DNA of 64,000 nucleotides from a bacterium (GTDB taxonomy: Bacteria; Bacteroidota; Ignavibacteria; UBA10030): contig JAZDJN010000091.1 in the NCBI GenBank assembly GCA_043803945.1, positions 13,671 to 77,670 of the forward strand. Reading direction: 5' to 3'. Both the position numbers and the translations under genes were made by a program. The notes beneath the pieces are model-generated. The model searched no databases. It saw nothing but the letters and a program-made list of their open reading frames with translations, and had not been told where the DNA came from. Below are positions 55,541 to 62,431 of this stretch, piece after piece (within the stretch, counting starts at the first letter, position 1; every line of letters starts with the position of its first letter).

Positions 55541-55582
55541 ATGAAAGAAAAAAGCACTTTGAATTCACCTTTCAAAGTGCTT
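55541..55582 (-). terminator. Rho-independent terminator directly after tRNA-Val
   Basis: On the minus strand, the 12-bp stem AAGCACTTTGAA/TTCAAAGTGCTT is followed by TTTTCTTTC. Confidence 0.7.
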
Positions 55583-55586
55583 TATG

Positions 55587-55661
55587 TGGGCGCTACTGGG
55601 GTCGAACCAGTGACCTTACGCGTGTGAGGCGTACGCTCTGAACCAACTGAGCTAAGCGCCC
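55587..55661 (-). tRNA. tRNA-Val (anticodon CAC)
   Basis: Minus strand: GGGCGCTTAGCTCAGTTGGTTCAGAGCGTACGCCTCACACGCGTAAGGTCACTGGTTCGACCCCAGTAGCGCCCA. Anticodon stem TACGC/GCGTA with loop CTCACAC. Confidence 0.93.
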
Positions 55662-55714
55662 AAAGAACATAAAAACCAACTGTTTACCCGCCGGAATACG
55701 AAGTACTCGGCGGA

Positions 55715-55726
55715 AGCTAAGCGCCC
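55715..55726 (-). repeat. 12-nt copy of the tRNA-Val 5' acceptor/D-arm start (GGGCGCTTAGCT) about 55 nt upstream of the tRNA
   Basis: + strand AGCTAAGCGCCC at 55715-55726 is identical to 55650-55661. A CCGCCG/CGGCGG hairpin lies between the two. Confidence 0.5.
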
Positions 55727-55965
55727 TCTCTTAAAACTTGGGCAATTCAAATAACAACTATCACGAATTCTGTTGAGTGTAGAATCACTATAAAAGCGTT
55801 CTACAATTTTCTCTACTGAGTAGCACTAACCTCTTGATGAATATAATAGATAGTGTTTGAAAAAACAACTTCCGGTAGGGTTGAGCTGCAAGGGTTTGAT
55901 TTGCACATTGATTCAATAGTGTCCCACTTCCTGGTGGGGAGCGAGGGAAAGTGATTGCAGGACCC

Positions 55966-56295
55966 CTAGGAAATAATAGTCACGATTATTTCCACGACCT
56001 CGCGATATTTTCCCGGTATAATCGTTCCAATCTTTTTCTCGATTATTCGACTTTCAGCAGTAAATAATTTGTTCGGACGGGCATAGGAAGGGTCTTGAGT
56101 CAGGGAGCCTATAGCAAAATCGATTCGTTTCAACTCCACCGAATAGATGTCGCTTCGCGATGCAGTTATCTGGCAGAGAATGACATCCTCACCAAGGGGG
56201 TCCGAAATGACCAAAGCAGGACGTCTCTTTACTGTAGAAAGGTCTGAAAATGGGAATGGCAGAGTTACACCATCCCCTTTTACAAATCTAACCAT
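55966..56295 (-). CDS. PemK/MazF-family type II toxin (mRNA interferase fold)
   Basis: 109-aa ORF: MVRFVKGDGVTLPFPFSDLSTVKRRPALVISDP..DVILCQITAS.. This matches the MazF/PemK pattern (GD.v...FPF.D....KRRPALV.S.......I..ITS). It overlaps the upstream small gene by 16 nt. Confidence 0.8.
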   Translation of the reverse strand: MVRFVKGDGVTLPFPFSDLSTVKRRPALVISDPLGEDVILCQITASRSDIYSVELKRIDFAIGSLTQDPSYARPNKLFTAESRIIEKKIGTIIPGKYREVVEIIVTIIS

Positions 56296-56516
56296 GCAGC
56301 ATCCTCTTCAGGAGAGTCCCAGTCTTTTGCAAGTGCCTTCTCTGATGCTAACATCGTATCCGGGAATGGCCTAATCAACTCATGGATGAAGAACGGCCTG
56401 GTCTTCAAGGGACTTCCTGTAGAGCTAGATTCGATGCCAAGAGCAAGTGAGATTATTACTTGCCCTGATGCTAGCCATGTGCTGGAATCCACAGAACATG
56501 TCTCGTCAGGATTCAT
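56280..56516 (-). CDS. Putative cognate antitoxin (weak AbrB/MazE-like core, acidic C-terminal tail)
   Basis: 78-aa ORF. The C-terminal tail LASEKALAKDWDSPEEDAAWLDL is typical of small antitoxins. The segment SGQVIISLALGIES..GSPL.....I.L.RP is only loosely AbrB-like. Its ATG overlaps the upstream stop (ATGA). Confidence 0.5.
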   Translation of the reverse strand: MNPDETCSVDSSTWLASGQVIISLALGIESSSTGSPLKTRPFFIHELIRPFPDTMLASEKALAKDWDSPEEDAAWLDL

Positions 56517-57334
56517 CGTGTGTTCCTTGGATTGAATAGTTTCGCCACGTCTTTCTCTTTGATGGGTTGGAAGCCACCCGTCTTCGTTATTGCCGCAATA
56601 TCTATATTGCCTCCGACACCACGCAAGCCAACATAGAAGGATTGCATTTCCATGGTTGTCCGAACGAGCAACGCCGAAAGATTTATACAGTCTTGAAGTG
56701 GCAAGAATTGATACGGGATTTGTACCTGCAATTGTGACAACGCTTTCGAAAGCAATGTAGTTTGCTCTGCAGTAAGGCCTAAGGTTTTCTGGACAAATGG
56801 TACGAGTTGAGGGTCATAACCGTGTATTAACCTCCCAACGAACTCCTGCTGGCCTCCCCACACTGGGCCGAAATCCGACGTGTGCCACTCCTTTGGAACT
56901 GGTCGGGAAGGAATGTCTATCTCATAAACGCGTCCATAGGCTTCTCCCTCATCATAACCGCCTAGCATGAACACCATATCTGGCTGACCAGCCCACTGTT
57001 CAGGATTTGGCATCTTTTGGCCTATCCACATCTGCATGAAGAAATCACCGAGCTTTTCCGCTACCTCTCCCACCTTGAGTCTTTTCTTCTCGATTGAAGC
57101 TTCGAACTCGGGGATATAGCTGTGGGCTGTCCTTGGATTCTGCTGACCAATGGCTCCCAAACCGTAAGTCACAATGCCGACATAATCCTGCCCGTTAACG
57201 CGCAGCAGTTTCGTAGTATTATCAAACGTTGCCGGTAAAACGGGACCTCCTGGAATCTGGGCCATGAGGGTGACCCTGCTATCTGCGGCGAGGACTATCC
57301 CCTCTGGGCCTTTGAAAACAATACCTAGGGACAT
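56513..57334 (-). CDS. Proteasome beta-subunit/HslV-like Ntn hydrolase, no propeptide, Ser at position 1
   Basis: 273-aa ORF beginning M-SLGIVFKGPEGIVLAADSRVT. It aligns in register with proteasome beta TTxxxxxxxxxVxxAxDxRxT, giving S1, D17, R19 and T21. K41-LLRV fits K33 after an 8-aa insertion. Further matches are LGGYDE (GG.D) and the C-terminal GVGGNIDIAAITKTGGF (GG.I.V..I.K.G). Confidence 0.7.
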   Translation of the reverse strand: MSLGIVFKGPEGIVLAADSRVTLMAQIPGGPVLPATFDNTTKLLRVNGQDYVGIVTYGLGAIGQQNPRTAHSYIPEFEASIEKKRLKVGEVAEKLGDFFMQMWIGQKMPNPEQWAGQPDMVFMLGGYDEGEAYGRVYEIDIPSRPVPKEWHTSDFGPVWGGQQEFVGRLIHGYDPQLVPFVQKTLGLTAEQTTLLSKALSQLQVQIPYQFLPLQDCINLSALLVRTTMEMQSFYVGLRGVGGNIDIAAITKTGGFQPIKEKDVAKLFNPRNTR

Positions 57335-57369
57335 TTTCGTTCCAATGATATGCTTGGGAATTGCTATGA

Positions 57370-57398
57370 AGTATAGAGAATATTTTCTATCAGATCAA
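57370..57398 (-). promoter_or_regulatory. Sigma-70-like promoter for the hydrolase-antitoxin-toxin operon
   Basis: On the minus strand, TTGATC-N17-TATACT, with the -10 element ending 35 nt upstream of the ATG at 57334. Confidence 0.4.
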
Positions 57399-57438
57399 GT
57401 GCTAATGACCCAGCAAGAACAGCTTCAAAATGAAATCT

Positions 57439-57830
57439 TTAGTTGGAAGACAGCGTTATTCTGTTCACAGTACTGTGCATTTGCTCAGGCTGAAGATGCG
57501 GGTAGATTTCCGTCACCTTGCTCAAAGGTTGTCCAAGTAGTTTCTGTACTCCGTCGAGAGAAGCTCCATCCTGCACCAACCATCGGCACGCCGAGAGTTG
57601 CTCTTCCTTCAGAGGTGTCCGCATGATGGACCTCCTTGGTACCATGGAGCCAGAGCGTACTACGTGGAAGATAATCGGTGCTTTGGGAGTGGTTACAACT
57701 ATGCAGTTTCAAGTGACAAAGTCAACGTCCGGAAAGTACGCTTCCTTACAGTGAACTCAGAAACGAAGTATTGCTCTCAATCTGGCAGACGTAATTGCCT
57801 CCGCGTTCCAAACGGACAAGCGCGGTATCC
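57439..57830 (-). pseudogene. Degraded tyrosine recombinase (phage-type integrase) remnant
   Basis: The C-terminal frame gives ..WLVQDGASLDGVQKLLGQPLSKVTEIYPHLQPEQMHSTVNRI. This matches the integrase box II pattern WLVQ.G.SL..VQKLLGH.S...TEIY.HL, with His replaced by Gln. Upstream pieces (..VVRSGSMVPRRSI..PLKEEQL..) lie in broken frames, and about 100 aa of the catalytic core are missing. Confidence 0.55.
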
Positions 57831-57865
57831 CTACCCACACATGAGAGCCACGAGAAATGCGGAAA

Positions 57866-58636
57866 TCAATAGTTCCTGGCAATACGAAAGCCGACGTTAA
57901 CAAACCGGATGTCTGGACCACCACCACCCCGAAGGACAATGCGACAACCGTTGTCGCTGCTGTACCACCCACCTCCGCGGCTCATTCGTACCACACCACT
58001 TTCTGGACCTGTTGGGTTTGTTTGAGCACTCGTTGTGCATGGTCCATCCCAATCATTCACCCATTCGTCGACATTGCCACTCATATCAAAGATGCCAAGC
58101 TCATTTGCCTTCATCGTTCCGACTGAATGAGGCCTGTAGTCTGAATTGCCAAGATGCCACGCCACCGAATCCAATGTGTTGCTCCCGCAATATGTGTACC
58201 CCTGGCTGCGGTTCCCGCCACGGGCCGAATACTCCCATTCCGCTTCTGTCGGTAGGCGGTATTTCGTCGTCCCTTCCCTCTGATTGAGATAGCTCAACCA
58301 GTCTTGAATGTCATACCAACTTACTTGCCCCACGGGCAGACTATCTCCCTTGAACTCGCTGCTCGGAGACTCACTCAAGCTAGTTCCCCCGTTCGCCTGC
58401 TTCCAGAGGACGATTTCGCGCCAGAGCTTCTGCGTCACCTCATACTTGCCAATGTAGAAATCGCTCAGCGTGACCGAATGAGATGGCTGTGTGTACACCT
58501 CAGTGCTGCCGCTCCCCATCTGAAATGTGCCACCTTGCACAACCACCATGTTTGGCAGCATTGAAGGTATGGGCTTGCAGCCAATTGAGATCACAATCGC
58601 ACAGAAAAAAAAGTAAGGCAGGATGAGAGTCTTCAT
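57866..58636 (-). CDS. Formylglycine-generating-enzyme (SUMF1/FGE-sulfatase) domain lipoprotein
   Basis: Lipobox MKTLILPYFFFCAIVISIGC. Motifs are RLPTEAEWEYSARGG, GNVDEWVNDW and RGGGW. The start ATG at 58636 is preceded by AGGAG. Confidence 0.85.
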   Translation of the reverse strand: MKTLILPYFFFCAIVISIGCKPIPSMLPNMVVVQGGTFQMGSGSTEVYTQPSHSVTLSDFYIGKYEVTQKLWREIVLWKQANGGTSLSESPSSEFKGDSLPVGQVSWYDIQDWLSYLNQREGTTKYRLPTEAEWEYSARGGNRSQGYTYCGSNTLDSVAWHLGNSDYRPHSVGTMKANELGIFDMSGNVDEWVNDWDGPCTTSAQTNPTGPESGVVRMSRGGGWYSSDNGCRIVLRGGGGPDIRFVNVGFRIARNY

Positions 58637-58954
58637 TTGAATCTCCTTCGACCCATGATTCACTGCGGATTAAAGATACAAAACAAAGAAGGACAAGGCA
58701 ATAACAATTTCAGCCTTCCCCCCTTTTGTAACATATGTGAAGCAAATGTTTTGCCTCAGGTATACACCTCAATATGACTGGGGATACACCTTAGTTGGCG
58801 AAGAGTCGAACACTGATGATACTGATCGAACAGATACTCACCCATCTGTGGTGATCTGTGCTTTTTCTGTGTAATCAGTGTTCTATCTCTTAAGAAAAAT
58901 AGCTGAGGGGCTATTCCTCTTTAATGAGTTACCTCAGCGAAATAATCCGCTTCC

Positions 58955-59668
58955 CTATTTCACCAATCGCTTTTGGAGATAGTGTATCTCCGCGTCAATG
59001 GTTTTCAATCTCTTCTGTTCATACTCCGATGAAGCATTCTCTGCAATGGATAAGAGATCTTCTTCCCAATCACCCGGCAGATATTCCCTTACAGTAAATC
59101 CGCCTGAAGTGCTTCCCGAAGTGGTTTCGATTATTTCATACTCACGTGAGTTATCCGCAAGCAGCATGAGAGCGGCGGGAGAATAACTATCCCGATTTTT
59201 TCTCTCCTCACACTCGAGGACCACTTCATCCTGCAGGCATACCTTCAGACTATTACCGCCATTCATTTCAATTGTTAATGATCGCGATTTTGAGGTTGCA
59301 CGATAAATGCCCTCCTCCCCATACACAGACAGAATCTTGAATGCCGCCTGAGGGAGCTCAGCCTTCGACGCCTTCGCCAGCCGGCGTTCCAGCTTTCGCT
59401 TTAACCGACTCATTTCCCTCTTCTTCTTATCGAGATTTCGCTCGAATGCCGGCTTGACTGCCCGTTCGATAGAAGCCCAGATGGCAGCAAATATCATTAT
59501 TGGAAGCAGCAGATGAAACAGCAATCCCAACAATGTCGAAAAGCCCCATAGACTTTTATACCAGGAGAATGGCAGGATATTAAACGAGAGGTAGATCAAA
59601 AAAATGCATACTATCACAGCAATAATATTCAATACACTGCGGAGAAAGCGATATGATACCGTGGTCAT
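58955..59668 (-). CDS. Hypothetical membrane protein (3 N-terminal TM helices, K/R-rich coiled segment, soluble C-terminal domain)
   Basis: 237-aa ORF with no recognisable motif. Confidence 0.45.
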   Translation of the reverse strand: MTTVSYRFLRSVLNIIAVIVCIFLIYLSFNILPFSWYKSLWGFSTLLGLLFHLLLPIMIFAAIWASIERAVKPAFERNLDKKKREMSRLKRKLERRLAKASKAELPQAAFKILSVYGEEGIYRATSKSRSLTIEMNGGNSLKVCLQDEVVLECEERKNRDSYSPAALMLLADNSREYEIIETTSGSTSGGFTVREYLPGDWEEDLLSIAENASSEYEQKRLKTIDAEIHYLQKRLVK

Positions 59669-59973
59669 AATGTGCCTCCTGGTGAGAACATACCCTGGAT
59701 GGTAAATTGACGATAAGATTCAGCCATGATTGATGATGAATAATATGACAATCCCTCGCACAATGCTGTTAATCACGTCACAGATAAAACGGGAATACTC
59801 ATAGAGCTGCGAAAGAGAGCCAATTGGAAAGGTTAATTCTTTTCACCGATTCTTAGGAACAATTTTTCCAGACCCATACTCCTTGCCCTTAAAAAAGTTT
59901 TTCACTGAAAATCCTTGCATCAAGCTTGGAATTGCAATATTATTCGACAATTCCTCGAAGGGGATACCCTACT

Positions 59974-62226
59974 ATGATGGTACTTTCAGAACAAGAGGTT
60001 GAAGCAATCCTGGAAAACATGAGCGATGGATTGTTGATCCTCAACAGTTCATTAGTCATCGAATATGCTAACATTCAGTCATCTAAAAACCTAAACCAGG
60101 ATCATCTTCCCGGGAAATCATTTTATGAGATCTTTCCAGGCGCTTCAAGCTCACTCAAAAAGCTTGGGATAGACGATCTCCTCAGCCTCCAGCAGCCAAT
60201 TTCATTCGAAACATCTCTGGGAGATTCCAAATCACCAAATAACTTCTCCATCCAAATTCAACCCTTCAACCTTCGATTCTTTGTGATCCTAAGACTCTTC
60301 GCTGAGCCAAATGCAGTAAAAGATTCACCATCATTAGCGTGGGCTCAATTGAGGACAATAATCGAGAGTATCCCTGACGAGGTGGCATTTAAAGATTGTC
60401 AGCGCCGCTTTCTCCTCGCTAATTCAGCCTCGGTGCAAGCATTGAAACAATCCTCCGAAGCGGATGTGCTTGGTAAGAGAGATGAAGACCTACTCCCCCT
60501 CCATGTAGCACAAGTCCATGTGAGAGAAGAGGAAGAAATCATTGCTACCGGTAAATCGATTTTAAATTTTGAAAATACTAAAGTTGATAGCACAACAGGC
60601 GAGGTGATCGGGTGTAAGCTCATTTCTAAAGTCCCTGTCCGCAATCCTCGCGGAGATATTATCGGCCTCCTCGTTGTGAACAGGTCCATCACGGAACGGA
60701 AAAGATACCTGGTAGCCCTCAAAGAGAGCGAGGAATTGTTCCGCAAAGTCATCGAGAGTACCGGCGAAGGTGTTGCCCTTCTCAGTAAAGATGGCCGTTT
60801 TATCCTTGTCAACCTCGCGACGGAAGAACTGTTCGGACTTTCAAGAAGCCAACTGCTTTCAAGAAGCCTATTCGATTGTATCTCACCCAATTGCTCCGAA
60901 CATCTGAAATCAGAACTCTTCAAGCGAAAAGGCAAACAGGCGAGTACGTTTGAATTAGAAATCCATCGCTCCGATGGTTCCAAACGAATGGTGCTGGTTA
61001 CTGCGACCTCCGTTCTTCAGACCGATGGAAGCTATGCAGGCTCACTGGGAATATTCCGTGACATGACCGAACACAAGCGGACTGAAGAGGCGCTCCGTGA
61101 GACGCAAAAGATGAAGAGCCTCGGTATCCTTGCCGGCGGAATCGCTCACGACTTCAACAATTTGCTGCAAGCTGTCCTCGGTCACGCGTCCCTTGCGCTT
61201 CAGCGGCTCGATCGGCATCATGCTGCTTACGCCAACATCCAGAAACTGGAGACGGCGGCAATGCGAGCTAGTGAACTAACCCAACAGTTGCTTGCCTATT
61301 CAGGCAGAGGGAAATTTCAGACAACTCCAATCTTTTTGAATACGTTCATCAGGGACAACCTTCATTTCTTCGAAGTCTCGATTCCCAAATACATCCAGCT
61401 TCACACCGCTCTCGCCGCTGATCTTCCTCACATTGAAGCAGATTCAGGCCAGATTCAGCAAATCGTAATGAACCTCATCATCAATGCTACGGAGGCCATT
61501 GGAGATCGTGCTGGAAATATTCACATCGCCACCTCGTCACTCTACATTCCGGCAGATGACCGGGCATGCTGGGTGAGAGCTGGAGAAGAACTTGACGCAG
61601 GGACTTATGTCCTCCTGGATGTGCATGATGATGGAAGCGGCATGGCCGAAGAAACACAGCAGCGAATATTCGATCCATTTTTCTCAACAAAATTTACCGG
61701 TCGCGGGTTAGGGCTTGCCGCGGTCCTGGGAATCATACGAGGTCATAAAGGCGGGATCCAGGTCCAGAGCAACGTGGGAGTGGGAACAACATTTCGTATT
61801 GCCCTTCCGGCTGTACAATCATTCGCTCTCAACGAGAGGAAATCCATGGCGGAAGAAAAAGAAATTACAGGCGCTATCCTTGTCATTGATGATGAAGAGT
61901 ACGTTCGGGATCTGGTGGCCGATATCCTCGATACATTTCACATCGCTGTCGTCACCGCAGAGAATGGAGAGGGGGGATTAAGTATTTACTCCGACCACCG
62001 CGATAAAATTAGTGCTGTGCTCCTGGATTTATCAATGCCAGGTATCGGAGGCGAAGAAACATTCAAACGACTTAAAGCCCTAAATCCGAACGTCAAAGTC
62101 ATTCTCTCTTCGGGGTATTCCGAGGTAGAAGCGGTTGAGCGATTCGCCGGACAGGGCCTTGCCGGCTTTCTTCAAAAACCCTATAAACCGGAACTCCTGA
62201 TCTCCGTTCTGAAAAGCCAGATGTGA
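59974..62226 (+). CDS. Cytoplasmic PAS-domain hybrid sensor histidine kinase with C-terminal receiver
   Basis: Several PAS-like domains. H-box GGIAHDFNNLL, then G-boxes DDGSGM and GRGLGLA, then a receiver (ILVIDDEE...LLDLSMPGIGG...SGY). Start taken at the ATG at 59974 (track start is TTG at 59926). Confidence 0.9.
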   Translation: MMVLSEQEVEAILENMSDGLLILNSSLVIEYANIQSSKNLNQDHLPGKSFYEIFPGASSSLKKLGIDDLLSLQQPISFETSLGDSKSPNNFSIQIQPFNLRFFVILRLFAEPNAVKDSPSLAWAQLRTIIESIPDEVAFKDCQRRFLLANSASVQALKQSSEADVLGKRDEDLLPLHVAQVHVREEEEIIATGKSILNFENTKVDSTTGEVIGCKLISKVPVRNPRGDIIGLLVVNRSITERKRYLVALKESEELFRKVIESTGEGVALLSKDGRFILVNLATEELFGLSRSQLLSRSLFDCISPNCSEHLKSELFKRKGKQASTFELEIHRSDGSKRMVLVTATSVLQTDGSYAGSLGIFRDMTEHKRTEEALRETQKMKSLGILAGGIAHDFNNLLQAVLGHASLALQRLDRHHAAYANIQKLETAAMRASELTQQLLAYSGRGKFQTTPIFLNTFIRDNLHFFEVSIPKYIQLHTALAADLPHIEADSGQIQQIVMNLIINATEAIGDRAGNIHIATSSLYIPADDRACWVRAGEELDAGTYVLLDVHDDGSGMAEETQQRIFDPFFSTKFTGRGLGLAAVLGIIRGHKGGIQVQSNVGVGTTFRIALPAVQSFALNERKSMAEEKEITGAILVIDDEEYVRDLVADILDTFHIAVVTAENGEGGLSIYSDHRDKISAVLLDLSMPGIGGEETFKRLKALNPNVKVILSSGYSEVEAVERFAGQGLAGFLQKPYKPELLISVLKSQM

Positions 62227-62431
62227 GGCGAAAGCGTTTTGATGATCAGAATTCAAACCACGAAGTCACACGAAGTGACGAAGTAATAAAAGAACCTCAT
62301 CCACTATAATTCCTTTTCTAGATCTTCGTGTTCCTTCGTGGATGAGTATTTTTTCTTTATCCCATATCTGTGCAAATCGGTGTGTCATCTGTGGTGGATT
62401 AACTGTGGGGTAAAATATATTTTTCTATTAT

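Noticed and set aside
55388-55560. tRNA-like segment downstream of tRNA-Val considered as tmRNA or tRNA-Sec
   Set aside because: It is far too short for tmRNA and has no tag ORF. It has no anticodon stem presenting UCA; the only TCA lies in the loop of a 12-bp hairpin without U33 context. There is no complete cloverleaf. The simplest reading is duplicated tRNA-Val fragments.
55044-55575. ORFs 55044..55232 and 55153..55575 (minus) in the ChbG - tRNA-Val spacer
   Set aside because: They span terminator hairpins, a TTCCCCC/GGGGGAA hairpin and the tRNA-fragment repeats. Their composition and lack of motifs indicate non-coding DNA.
58790-58830. Short similarity to the tRNA-Val T-arm (GTCGAAC.., ACTGGGG) near 58790-58830, considered as a distal att site of the island
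   Set aside because: The matches are only 7-8 nt, interrupted and not colinear with the tRNA. This is indistinguishable from chance.
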